Shown: positions 17,705 to 27,758 of the stretch, in pieces
Numbering within the stretch: the stretch's first letter is position 1
How the letters are laid out: the number at the start of each line of letters is the position of its first letter
Source: an uncultured virus (IMG/VR IMGVR_UViG_3300028591_000186)
Taxonomy: Duplodnaviria > Heunggongvirae > Uroviricota > Caudoviricetes
Direction: 5' to 3' (one strand)
Virus record (IMG/VR): IMGVR_UViG_3300028591_000186
Length of the DNA: 64,000 bases
The notes under the pieces: generated by a model
The model's input: only the letters and a program-made list of their open reading frames with translations
Told to the model about the DNA's origin: nothing
Database searches by the model: none
Translations under genes and position numbers: made by a program

Positions 17705-20700
17705 ATGGTAACTAAACGTGATGGTCGTAAAACTAAATTTGATAAAGAAAAAATTATACAAGCTGTGGAAAAGGCTTTCACTGAAGTTGATGGAGAATTG
17801 GACACTTATGCAAAATCAAAAATTCAGGAAATAGCTGATAGCATAGAAGAATCTATTAAAGATAAGAAGAATGTTTCCGTTGAGGAAATACAGGATATGG
17901 TTGAAAACAAGCTTATGAATAGTAAGCGTAAAGATGTAGCAAGGGCTTATATTATCTATAGAAATGAAAGAACAAATGCCCGTGAAAATACTATAGATAA
18001 AGTTGTTTCAGAAATTGTTACGGCATCTAATGATTATTGGAATCAAGAAAATTCTAATAAAGATGAAAAACTTGCCACAACACAAAGAGATTATTTGGCT
18101 GGAGCAGTATCAGCGGATCAAACCAGAAGAAAACTTCTTCCAAAAGATATTGTTAAAGCGCATGATGAAGGATTAATTCATTTTCATGATGCTGATTATT
18201 ATCTTCAGAAAATTCATAATTGTTTTTATAAGAATGAGCGTTTTGTAACCAGTGATGGAGTAAAAGCTTTTAATGAATTCAATGACGGGCAAGAGGTTGA
18301 GGTAGTTGATTTACATGGTGTATGGAGAAAAGCTACTGTACATAAATATGGCAAACAAAAGATGAATAAGGTTACTTTTACATCTGGCAGATCTTCAAAG
18401 TCAGTTATATGTACTGCTAATCATAGATGGGTTTTGGCTGACGGAAGTGTGACTACTAATTTAACAGTTGGAGATAAATTGTATCAATTAGAAGATATGA
18501 GAATTAATATACCTGTGACTTATGAGCAAAAAAAAGCTTTTTGTATAGGATTTATTATAGGAGATGGTGTAGATCATGGTAATTATACTGAAGCTAGACT
18601 TTGCGGAAATAAAACAAGATTTAGACAGGTTTTTTACGATGCTGGATATTCTGTAAATGAATCATATGATAATGGTGATTTATCAGTTAGATGCAAAACA
18701 AGTTTTAAGCAAGACTTTTTGAATGGTAAAGCTTGGAAATACATGAGTAAAGAGTGCAAACAATATGTTATGTTAGGATATTATAGTGCAGATGGTGCAA
18801 CCAATTGCAATAAGATATGTACTACTGATAATCGTCTAGCAGAACTGATTAGGGATATTTCAGGTGTCAGTGGTATGTATATAGCTAGTGAAACATTGGA
18901 AGTTCGTGATACAGAATATAAAAAGAATTCGAAATTGATGGCATTTAGATTTAGGAAACATCAAACTGAAAAAAATTGTTGGATTGTAAATTCTATTGAG
19001 CCATACAGTGTTAGTGAAAGTGAAGCTTGGTGTGTAGAAGAACCAATAACACATACTTTTACGTTGGATGGTGGTATGGTAACGGGTAATTGTGATTTAA
19101 TAAATCTAGAAGATATGCTTCAAAATGGTACAGTAATTAGTGGTAAAACTATTGATAAGCCACATAAGTTCTCAACGGCTTGTACAATAGCAACTCAGAT
19201 TATTGCTCAGGTTGCCAGTTCTCAGTACGGAGGACAGTCTGTTTCAATGGCTCACTTATCTCCTTTTATTAATGAGTCATATAAAACATTTAAGAGAAAA
19301 TTTCCGGACTTTACAGAAGAACAAATAAATCAACTTGTAGATATGGATATATCTGATGGTGTACAGACTATACAGTATCAGATAACGACGCTCATGACAA
19401 CAAATGGGCAAGCACCGTTTATTACTTTATATCTTAATATTAATGAAGTAGAAGATGGAATAGAACGTGAAAATCTTGCAAAAGCTATAAAAGAGGTATT
19501 AATACAAAGAATTAAAGGAGTAAAGAATGAAGTTGGAGTATGGACTTCTCCTGCTTTTCCTAAAATTATTTACGCTTTAGACGAGAATAATATTACAGAA
19601 AATTCTCCCTATTGGTATTTAACGGAATTAGCTGCTGAATGTACGGCAAAGCGTATGGTGCCAGATTATATTTCTAATAAGATAATGAGAGAATATAAAA
19701 ATGGCGATGTTTATACGTGTATGGGATGTCGCAGCTTCCTTACACCTGATAGAACTACAGAAAATTATGCTCGTGCAAAAAATTATGATAAATATGCAGG
19801 ACATAAATATTGGGGAAGATTTAATCAAGGTGTCGTAACAATTAATCTTGTCGATGTAGCTTGTTCTTCTAATAGAGATTTTGATAAATTTTGGGAAATT
19901 TTCGAAGAAAGATTAGAACTATGTCATAAAGCTCTTAGATGTAGACATGATCGATTACTTGGAACGCCATCAGATATAGCTCCTATTTTGTGGCAAAATG
20001 GAGCTTTGGCAAGATTGAATAAAGGAGAAGTTATTGATGAATTGTTATATCACGGATATTCAACAATATCATTAGGTTATGCTGGATTATATGAGTGTGT
20101 TAAATATATGACAGGTAAAAGCCACACTGATGAAGAAGCAAAGCCATTTGCGTTACAAGTAATGCAGAAAATGAATGATAAGTGTAACGAATGGAAAAAG
20201 GCTGAAGATATTGATTATTCGTTATATGGCACACCAATGGAATCCACAACTTATAAATTCGCATCATGCCTAAAAAAGAGATTTGGAATTATACCAGATG
20301 TAACAGATCACGATTATATTACAAATTCTTATCATGTATGTGTTAGAGAAAAAATAAATGCTTTTGCAAAATTAAAGTTTGAAGCAGAATTTCAAAAATT
20401 AAGTCCTGGAGGTGCAATTTCTTATATAGAAGTACCGAATATGCAACATAATATTCCAGCAGTTTTAGATATAATCAAATTCATTTATGAAAATATTCTT
20501 TATGCGGAGTTAAATACGAAATCAGATTATTGTCATAAATGTGGATATAATGGCGAAATACTTATTAAAGGAAAGCAAGGAGATCCATATTGGGAATGTC
20601 CAAATTGCGGTAACGTTGATAAAAATCAAATGACAATAGTTCGTCGTACTTGTGGATATTTGGGAGAACATTACTGGAATACTGGACGTACTGAAGAAAT

Positions 20701-20752
20701 ACGAGATAGAGTGCTTCATGTATCTAATAGTGTAATAAAAGGTGGTGATTAA
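17705..20752 (+). CDS. nrdD: anaerobic (class III) ribonucleoside-triphosphate reductase with ATP cone and intein
   Basis: VTKRDG ATP cone; IHFHD; MGCRS; C-terminal Zn site CHKC/CPNC; RRTCGYLG glycyl-radical motif. Confidence 0.95.
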   Translation: MVTKRDGRKTKFDKEKIIQAVEKAFTEVDGELDTYAKSKIQEIADSIEESIKDKKNVSVEEIQDMVENKLMNSKRKDVARAYIIYRNERTNARENTIDKVVSEIVTASNDYWNQENSNKDEKLATTQRDYLAGAVSADQTRRKLLPKDIVKAHDEGLIHFHDADYYLQKIHNCFYKNERFVTSDGVKAFNEFNDGQEVEVVDLHGVWRKATVHKYGKQKMNKVTFTSGRSSKSVICTANHRWVLADGSVTTNLTVGDKLYQLEDMRINIPVTYEQKKAFCIGFIIGDGVDHGNYTEARLCGNKTRFRQVFYDAGYSVNESYDNGDLSVRCKTSFKQDFLNGKAWKYMSKECKQYVMLGYYSADGATNCNKICTTDNRLAELIRDISGVSGMYIASETLEVRDTEYKKNSKLMAFRFRKHQTEKNCWIVNSIEPYSVSESEAWCVEEPITHTFTLDGGMVTGNCDLINLEDMLQNGTVISGKTIDKPHKFSTACTIATQIIAQVASSQYGGQSVSMAHLSPFINESYKTFKRKFPDFTEEQINQLVDMDISDGVQTIQYQITTLMTTNGQAPFITLYLNINEVEDGIERENLAKAIKEVLIQRIKGVKNEVGVWTSPAFPKIIYALDENNITENSPYWYLTELAAECTAKRMVPDYISNKIMREYKNGDVYTCMGCRSFLTPDRTTENYARAKNYDKYAGHKYWGRFNQGVVTINLVDVACSSNRDFDKFWEIFEERLELCHKALRCRHDRLLGTPSDIAPILWQNGALARLNKGEVIDELLYHGYSTISLGYAGLYECVKYMTGKSHTDEEAKPFALQVMQKMNDKCNEWKKAEDIDYSLYGTPMESTTYKFASCLKKRFGIIPDVTDHDYITNSYHVCVREKINAFAKLKFEAEFQKLSPGGAISYIEVPNMQHNIPAVLDIIKFIYENILYAELNTKSDYCHKCGYNGEILIKGKQGDPYWECPNCGNVDKNQMTIVRRTCGYLGEHYWNTGRTEEIRDRVLHVSNSVIKGGD
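18221..19090 (+). mobile_element. intein (290 aa) with LAGLIDADG homing endonuclease
   Basis: Starts CFYKNERFVT; block B TANHRW; IGFIIGDG and LGYYSADG; ends VTGN/C; removal restores IHN-CDLINLEDML. Confidence 0.92.
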
Positions 20753-20754
20753 TT

Positions 20755-21311
20755 ATGGAATTTAGAAAAATCCCATCTTTGGATTATAAATACGAAATAA
20801 ATGAAGATGGCACAATATTTCGCAATGTTGAAACTGGTAAAAATTTAAAGATAAAGTTGGATATGCATCATTCCAAAATAGGATACTATACGACTTTTGT
20901 TCATTTCGGAGGCCGTAGAATTGGTAATTATATAAAAAGGGTTATGATTCATAAAGTTGTTGCCGAATGTTGGCTAGGAGAATGCCCAGATGGTTATGAA
21001 GTTGATCATATTGATCGTAATACACATAATAACCATTATTCAAATTTGAGATACGTAACTAAGAGCGAACAAATGAAGAATCGGGATCATTCAAATATTT
21101 CTAAAAAGGAAGTAAAAATCTTGAAATAGCAAGAAAGAATAGAATGAAGCCAGTTAAAGTTAGAAACGAAGATGGTGAAATCAAATTTGAATCCTATGCT
21201 TCATGCTCAAGGTATTTGAGTAAAGAATTAGGGAAAACGTTTGACAGTATTAGATATAAATTAAAACATCATAGATTAGATATTGATGGATACGAAATAA
21301 TTTATAGTTGA
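20755..21311 (+). pseudogene. HNH homing endonuclease, frameshifted before its C-terminal DNA-binding domain
   Basis: HKVVAECW...VDHIDRNTHNNHYSNL; adding one A at 21103-21107 extends the frame to TGA 21309-21311. Confidence 0.75.
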
Positions 21312-21409
21312 AATGAGATGTAAACATTCAAAGCAATTAAAAGAATGGAATAGATAATACTATTAACATGACAAATTTAAAGGAAAACTTGACAAGATAG
21401 GAGGCCATA

Positions 21410-21790
21410 ATGTATTATAAAGGCATAGATACATTGCACGTTGACAAATATACTAAATATTATATGAAGGGATCAAAAGTCCGAGACTTAGAATCACTAG
21501 GATTTAAATATAAACACAATATGAGTGATTCTGAAAATACCGTTTATGATTATATCTTTCCGGTATATAGGTATCATGCAATAATCAGTCTTGAGGCCAG
21601 ATTTTTATTACACAGAGAATCAGGAATAGTTGTAATCGATGTTTTTGATACCAATACTCATGGAATATACGGCCCTTGGTATTATGATCCTAGCGGAATA
21701 TATAATAAAATTATAAGAATAATAAACCGGAATATTCTTAAAGAAATGAAAAAAATGCATATTGTCAAGTATAAAGAAAGACAAATTTAA
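21410..21790 (+). CDS. hypothetical protein
   Basis: 126-aa ORF, AGGAGG RBS. Confidence 0.7.
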   Translation: MYYKGIDTLHVDKYTKYYMKGSKVRDLESLGFKYKHNMSDSENTVYDYIFPVYRYHAIISLEARFLLHRESGIVVIDVFDTNTHGIYGPWYYDPSGIYNKIIRIINRNILKEMKKMHIVKYKERQI

Positions 21791-21883
21791 AGGTAGACAT
21801 ATTCTATTATTTGTTTCTCTTATCATAAAGGAGCGAGGAAAAGTGCCACCTCGCTCCCTCCTTTCCTAATTTTGAGGTGAAAA

Positions 21884-22147
21884 ATGAATGAAAATGTAAT
21901 TGAATGGCTTAGAGGTCAAAAAGTAGCGGCGGTAACATTTACCGCTGGATCAAAATTTGCAAAAAAATTATTGAGACTCAGTAAAACACATGATGAAGTT
22001 CAAATCAAAGTTAATCAAGATAAGTCTATATTCGCCCACATTCCATTGAGCTGGATCAAAGTTAATCCACCTAAAAAAGTGTCAGAAGAACAACGTGAAG
22101 CAGCAAGATTACGGTTGAAGAAATATCAGGAGGAGAAAAGAAAATGA
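21884..22147 (+). CDS. hypothetical phage protein
   Basis: 87 aa; GAGGTG RBS. Confidence 0.75.
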   Translation: MNENVIEWLRGQKVAAVTFTAGSKFAKKLLRLSKTHDEVQIKVNQDKSIFAHIPLSWIKVNPPKKVSEEQREAARLRLKKYQEEKRK

Positions 22148-22359
22148 TAGTTTGTTTGGATTTACCGGATACAACTTGTATGGTATCTGCAACTTTTGTA
22201 ACTGAAAGTCCTATTAGGAGCGACAATCAGGATTTCACAGCTATCCAAGCGTTGTTTGATCCAAGGAATATAGTTGATTATAAACTTGAATATGAATGGG
22301 ATGGGAACAAAGTAGCTCGTACTATAATCACCGAAAATGGAACGTATGTTAACCAATAA
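22144..22359 (+). CDS. hypothetical protein
   Basis: 71 aa; stop codon in junction site 22356-22373. Confidence 0.65.
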   Translation: MIVCLDLPDTTCMVSATFVTESPIRSDNQDFTAIQALFDPRNIVDYKLEYEWDGNKVARTIITENGTYVNQ

Positions 22360-22373
22360 AATCGGTCTTTTAT
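22356..22373. repeat. ATAAAA-N6-TTTTAT junction site
   Basis: ATAAAA tcggtc TTTTAT, perfect copy. Confidence 0.75.
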
Positions 22374-22435
22374 TTTGAGGGAATTGAATAAGAGGGTAAG
22401 GGATGAGTAAGTGCAGATATGGCGAGGAGTAAGAA

Positions 22436-22867
22436 ATGACAGAGCAGTGGCAAGAATTAAAAGAAACTATCATTGAAATGCGCGATAATAATGGAACAGG
22501 AACACAACAGGAAGTGTGTAAGTTTCTCGCCAATTACATGGAGGTACTTGAAAAGCAGACGCAAGAGCCTTGTGCTGATGCTGTAAGCAGACAATGGCTC
22601 ATGGAATGTGTGAATGAAGGATGGATTAAGTTTGACACAGAAAAAGACAGAAACAGATTCATACATCTTGTTAGAGACATAGCACCACCCGTAACACCAC
22701 AGCCGAAGATCGGGCATTGGATTGATGAGGGCATTTATGCTGATGGACAAAATTATCACGCTTTTAGGTGTTCGGAGTGTGAATGGCACTATATAGGAAA
22801 TAAAAGTGAGCTTGTAGATTTTAAATATTGCCCTTTTTGTAGAGCAAAGATGCAGGAGGTAATATGA
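22436..22867 (+). CDS. hypothetical protein with Zn ribbon
   Basis: CSEC...YCPFC. Confidence 0.75.
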   Translation: MTEQWQELKETIIEMRDNNGTGTQQEVCKFLANYMEVLEKQTQEPCADAVSRQWLMECVNEGWIKFDTEKDRNRFIHLVRDIAPPVTPQPKIGHWIDEGIYADGQNYHAFRCSECEWHYIGNKSELVDFKYCPFCRAKMQEVI

Positions 22868-23259
22868 GTTTAATAACAGAGCGAATTAAGCGATTAAGAG
22901 AGCTTTCCACAAGCTACGAAACGGCAGGAGACGTTATTACAAAGGAATTGCTTAGAGAAGCCGCAGACACTATAGAAATGCTCTCAAAAAAGGCAAAACA
23001 GAGAGAGTGGATATTGTGCAGCGAGAGAATGCCAGAAGAGCATGAATGGATGGGTACAAAAAAATTTGGAACAACAATTTCCGATGAGGTTTATGTCATG
23101 CTTGAAAATTCAGAAGGTAGAAGGTACACGCAGCATTTGAGTTTCCAAAATGGGAAATTATCGACCGCCGATCAAAGCAGGTTAGATGCAATTTTTAAAG
23201 GCGGAACGCCGATAGCATGGATGCCTTTACCGAAACCATATGAGGAAAGTGAAGAATAA
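22864..23259 (+). CDS. DUF551-like phage protein
   Basis: WILCSERMPE...AWMPLPKPY. Confidence 0.75.
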   Translation: MSLITERIKRLRELSTSYETAGDVITKELLREAADTIEMLSKKAKQREWILCSERMPEEHEWMGTKKFGTTISDEVYVMLENSEGRRYTQHLSFQNGKLSTADQSRLDAIFKGGTPIAWMPLPKPYEESEE

Positions 23260-23622
23260 AGAATGAGTACATCAGATATTATATCAATAATTATCATATC
23301 AATAATTGAAGGAATTTCGTTGTTTCTTGCCTATTTGATTTGTTGCCTATTTGAAAGGTTTCGAAAAAGGTCTCAAAATGGGAAATAAATAGGAAAGATT
23401 GATGCACAGGCAGAAAGTGAGGACACATGATATATAAATATATCTTTGAAGATGGAACAGTATTAAAACTTCTTGATATCGGTTTAAGTGTTGAGGAAAT
23501 ATGGGCGTTAGAGAAGTTACACGGCAAATGCGACATGGAATGAGAGTATAAGGAATTACGACAAAAGAAGAAGCTATCGACAAGTACAAAGCATGAGGAG
23601 TGTAAAAAGTCGAGGTGTAAAC

Positions 23623-23811
23623 ATGATACCAATATGGGAAAAAGTGACGCTGACAATAAAAGAAGCATCGGAGTATTCAAACATAGGACAGAATCGACTT
23701 TATGAAATAACAGATAATCCCATGTGTCCTTTTGTGCTGTGGAGCGGAAAGAAGCGGCTAATAAAAAGAGAGGAATTTGAAAAATATATAAAGAAAAATA
23801 AAGTAATTTGA
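23623..23811 (+). CDS. xis: excisionase (Tn916 Xis-like HTH)
   Basis: IPIWEKVTLTIKEASEYSNIG...KRLIKR; immediately upstream of integrase. Confidence 0.85.
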   Translation: MIPIWEKVTLTIKEASEYSNIGQNRLYEITDNPMCPFVLWSGKKRLIKREEFEKYIKKNKVI

Positions 23812-23875
23812 TAACAATGCCTTGATATGGTAAAGTGAAAATATCAAGGCTCTTTTCTATCGGAAAGGAGTAATA

Positions 23876-24949
23876 ATGGGAAAGGATTTAAAGGGAAGAG
23901 AGATAGGAGAGGGGGTGTATCAACTTCCTTCAAAAAGGTATTGTGCAAGGGTAAGCGGTTTTGGTAAGAGGATATCGAAAACATTTGATAACCTTCAGGA
24001 AGCTCGATTATGGATAGCTAAAAAACAAATAAGAGAAAATCCATCTGATTTTTCACAAGATATGACTCTTAATGAATGGTATGAGTACTGGATAGTAGAG
24101 ATAAAAAGTCCTAGTGTAAAAATAAGTACGTTAGCAGGATATAAAGATATCTATGAAAAACATATAAAGCAGCAATTGGGGTATATGCGATTAAAAGAAA
24201 TCAAACTAATTGACTGTCAGGCTCTTATCAACAATGAGTTAAAGAAAAATAAATGGGGAACAGTTAAACATACACTTGTGTGTCTGAATCAAATGTTTAA
24301 TTCTGCTGTAGACTTTGAACTCATAGATCGCTCACCATCAGAAAAGGTTAAACATACGACAGATATTATAGAAGAACGCCGGGTTATGACCGTAGAAGAA
24401 CAGAAGTTATTTGTTAATTATATCAAGAATAACAGCTATAAATACCGTGATGAAAGTCTTTTCATACTAGAAACAGGATTGAGGATAGGGGAATTATTAG
24501 GCTTAAAGTGGTCTGATATACAAGATAAAAAGATAACTGTATCACGGTCAATGTTCTGGGATAGGCATGAGAAAAAATATTATGAGACAACACCAAAAAC
24601 ACAGGCGGGGAAAAGAATAATACCGCTGACTAATACAGCTTATTCAATCCTCAAAAATAGAAAATTAACAAGAATGGATTACATTTTTCTTGATCCTGAC
24701 CACAATACTAAAGGTAGCATGTGTTCATCTATGAAATATGTCTGTCAAAAAATAGGGATAGAAAAGATATCTCCGCATGGTTTAAGGCATACATTTGCAA
24801 CAAGGTGTATCGAAGCAGGAATGCAACCTAAAACATTACAAAAGATTCTAGGCCACGCAAAAATTACAATGACAATGGATTTATATGTCCATGTTACGGA
24901 TGATACTTTAATACAGGAGATTAAAAAATTAGAATCCCTTGCTTGGTAA
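23876..24949 (+). CDS. int: tyrosine integrase
   Basis: TGLRIGE, PKT, HGLRHTF, LGHAKITMTMDLY catalytic motifs; N-terminal arm-binding region. Confidence 0.95.
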   Translation: MGKDLKGREIGEGVYQLPSKRYCARVSGFGKRISKTFDNLQEARLWIAKKQIRENPSDFSQDMTLNEWYEYWIVEIKSPSVKISTLAGYKDIYEKHIKQQLGYMRLKEIKLIDCQALINNELKKNKWGTVKHTLVCLNQMFNSAVDFELIDRSPSEKVKHTTDIIEERRVMTVEEQKLFVNYIKNNSYKYRDESLFILETGLRIGELLGLKWSDIQDKKITVSRSMFWDRHEKKYYETTPKTQAGKRIIPLTNTAYSILKNRKLTRMDYIFLDPDHNTKGSMCSSMKYVCQKIGIEKISPHGLRHTFATRCIEAGMQPKTLQKILGHAKITMTMDLYVHVTDDTLIQEIKKLESLAW

Positions 24950-25190
24950 CTACTGGTAATAAGCTGGTAATAAAATCTTTATAAAACACCGCAAATGCCA
25001 TAAAATAGGGGGTTTCAGGAATTATATGATTATCACGATGAGATAATTCGCTGAAAATTCATAACATCAGTATTTATGCGTATTTGCAGTATTTACAAGG
25101 GTTTGCAAACTTTATAAAAAGTCTTAAAATGTCTTAAATTTTACCGAAAACTGGTAACACAACGGTCTTTCTGGTAATGAATTGGCAATG
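24944..25190. other. attP-like region with arm-type repeats
   Basis: TGGTAA at 24944, 24954, 24965, 25152, 25172 and TGGCAA at 25183 flank a central segment just downstream of int. Confidence 0.65.
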
Positions 25191-25295
25191 AAATGATCGA
25201 AAAGAGCCTTGATATTTTTCCGACATTTCATCTATAATCGTAAAAAAAGGATCACACGTATGATCGCATGATCCTAATCTTTCTCTTTATACCTT

Positions 25296-25853
25296 TTAAT
25301 CTTTAATAGGTAACGCTTCAACTTCCGGAATAATCTTATTCTTAAATACAGAATTTCCGCCACATGCTAGATATTCAGCTGAAACAGCATCAAACATCTG
25401 TCTTTCGGCCAAAGTTATACTTTCTTTCTTCATGAATTCACGATGAAGCTGATATAAAGTAGAACGATTAGCGATCACAGATCTTCTTTTACTATTCTTA
25501 TCAATTTCTTCAAAATGTTTCTTGGTACTCTCTTGTAAATCATCTAAACGTTTTGCTGTTTCATTAGATATAACCTCTAATGTAGCTGTAACGTTTTGCA
25601 ATGTAGCGTCAATACTTTCAAGTTTTTCAAATTGTCTATTATTATCTTCTTCCAGTTTATCTATTCTCTCTTCAAGAGTTTGATCCTTTTCTTCCGCAGT
25701 ATGCTTATTTTGATACCATGTATTTAACTCACCTTTAACCCATTTTATCATTTCATAGATACCCCGTATGGCAGCTATGAATAAAATAATTGTGATAATT
25801 GAATTAAGCGGAGATTCAAATGCGGTTTGTACAAAAGCCATTAAATCGCTCAT
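25296..25853 (-). CDS. holin-like protein (N-terminal TM, coiled coil)
   Basis: single TM segment; YLACGGNS C-terminal motif; last gene of lysis/tail arm. Confidence 0.6.
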   Translation of the reverse strand: MSDLMAFVQTAFESPLNSIITIILFIAAIRGIYEMIKWVKGELNTWYQNKHTAEEKDQTLEERIDKLEEDNNRQFEKLESIDATLQNVTATLEVISNETAKRLDDLQESTKKHFEEIDKNSKRRSVIANRSTLYQLHREFMKKESITLAERQMFDAVSAEYLACGGNSVFKNKIIPEVEALPIKD

Positions 25854-26017
25854 TTTGACCCCTTCGTTTCTATATTTTCTTGTGTATCTTCATTTAATTT
25901 ATATTTATACAAATCGTATAACAAAAGTGAGATTTTATCGTCTCGGAGCTTTAATCTATCCCGAAATTCCTTATAATCGACTATTTGTTCTTCCACGATA
26001 ATCCTCCCTAAAAAATA

Positions 26018-26038
26018 GGAGAGGGAAAATCCCTCTCC
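26018..26038 (-). terminator. intrinsic terminator
   Basis: GGAGAGGG-aaaat-CCCTCTCC hairpin followed by a T-run on the minus strand. Confidence 0.65.
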
Positions 26039-26063
26039 ATTAATTCATACTAATCCTATATGA

Positions 26064-27683
26064 TTAGATTTCAGTCCAAGAAAGGCGAGAGGCGATCTCA
26101 GCCAGTGCGGCCTCAACATTGTCAGTAGTAAAGTTGTTACCTGTATCAGTAAGAGCAACATCAGCGGCTGCACCTGTTGAAGCAACAGCGGCAAGCGTGA
26201 TATCACTAGCAGAGCTATTAGAGATAACACCGTCAGCCTCTACAACTCCTGCCTTAAGCGTTACAACATCACCACTCTTTGAAGCTATTGCAGCAGAACC
26301 ATCAAGCTCATTGATAGCATTCTCTATCTGCTGTTCAACACTTCCACCCTCACCAATCTGAGTATAGATATCATCAAGGGCATCCTTAACAGATACAGCA
26401 GGATCAGCACCAGCAGCTGCCTTGTACTCTACATCCTCAGCAGCACCAGTAGAAGCTACATCTGCCAGAGTAATGTCAGAAGCACTTCCATCTCCAACAA
26501 TACCGTTAGACTCAGCAATAGATCCTGTTATTGTAACAGCATTTCCGCTCTTAGAAGCGATTGTAACATCAGATGCTGTGTCAAGAGCCTCAACTGCATC
26601 CTTTATCTTCTTGCTAACAGAGCCATTAACAGTATCAGCACCATCGAGACGGGTAAGAGCCTGCTTAACAGTCTCGCCATCTCCTGCACCAGCAGAAGTC
26701 TCGGCCTTGTATATAACCTTAGAACCATCAACTGCTACGATGCTTGCGCTAATCTCGTGATTATTGATAGCGATCTGAACTTCTGTTGCACCTGAAGCTG
26801 CTGTATAAACATCAACGAATGTCTGAAGATTTACATACAGAGGATTAGAAACATTCTGCATCTCCATCTTGAGATACTTACCAGCGTCAGCAGCAGTTGC
26901 AGTTTCACCCGCACCAACTATAAGCTCAGTCACATCAACAGAATCATCATACAGATGTCCATTACTGAAAGTGATAGTCACAATGTCAGCATCCTGAAGA
27001 ACCTTATCCTTCGGAATGTTGATCGTTCCCTTCAGAACCGCAGGATTAGTCTCAGCATCGGGAGCGTTTGCACCCTGATAAATCTTATAAACCTTTGCAT
27101 AATCTGACTGTCCAGATGTGTTATCTGTAAACCAAATCGTCTTGCTGTCAACACCGCCCGCTGAAGCAGAAGCTACCTCGTCGATAGCTGCCTTAACATC
27201 AGTAGCTGTCAGACCAGAAGTTGTATTATCATAAGCCACATCCCCAGCTGCTCCTGTTTTAGCAACGGCTGCAAGCTGAACAGCATTCGCACCCTTCTCA
27301 ATCTTACCATCTACTTCCTTAACACCGTAGATAGAAACCTTGTTAGCATCAGCACCTGTGCCGACCTCAGCTACAGCGAACTCTGCAACATCAAGACCCT
27401 CAAGATAACTCTTTATGATAGCCCTGATTGAACCAGCAGTCTCCTCAGTGTTCTCAAGTTTCGTAAGAGTAGTATTGATAGTTGCAATATCAGCAGCATT
27501 CTGAGCTATATTAGCTACAGCTACAGACAGATCAGCAGCATTCGACAGTTTGATCTCGCCAAGGTACAGATCTGATCCTACAGTATAGAATGAATCAGCA
27601 TCCTTAGTCATTCCTGCAAATCTCTCAGCGGGAGTCTGACCGTCTTTTGCAATAACATCATAAAAATCTACATTCATAGCCAT
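26064..27683 (-). CDS. virion fibre/decoration protein with internal repeats
   Basis: Ala/Asp-rich, 539 aa; repeated ASKSG...ASDITLA.VASTGAA.DV units. Confidence 0.65.
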   Translation of the reverse strand: MAMNVDFYDVIAKDGQTPAERFAGMTKDADSFYTVGSDLYLGEIKLSNAADLSVAVANIAQNAADIATINTTLTKLENTEETAGSIRAIIKSYLEGLDVAEFAVAEVGTGADANKVSIYGVKEVDGKIEKGANAVQLAAVAKTGAAGDVAYDNTTSGLTATDVKAAIDEVASASAGGVDSKTIWFTDNTSGQSDYAKVYKIYQGANAPDAETNPAVLKGTINIPKDKVLQDADIVTITFSNGHLYDDSVDVTELIVGAGETATAADAGKYLKMEMQNVSNPLYVNLQTFVDVYTAASGATEVQIAINNHEISASIVAVDGSKVIYKAETSAGAGDGETVKQALTRLDGADTVNGSVSKKIKDAVEALDTASDVTIASKSGNAVTITGSIAESNGIVGDGSASDITLADVASTGAAEDVEYKAAAGADPAVSVKDALDDIYTQIGEGGSVEQQIENAINELDGSAAIASKSGDVVTLKAGVVEADGVISNSSASDITLAAVASTGAAADVALTDTGNNFTTDNVEAALAEIASRLSWTEI

Positions 27684-27758
27684 GATTTTGATTTCCTTTC
27701 TGCATTTTTATGCATTTAAATAAAAAAATAGGAGCTTACGCTCCTTAGTTACCTTTGG

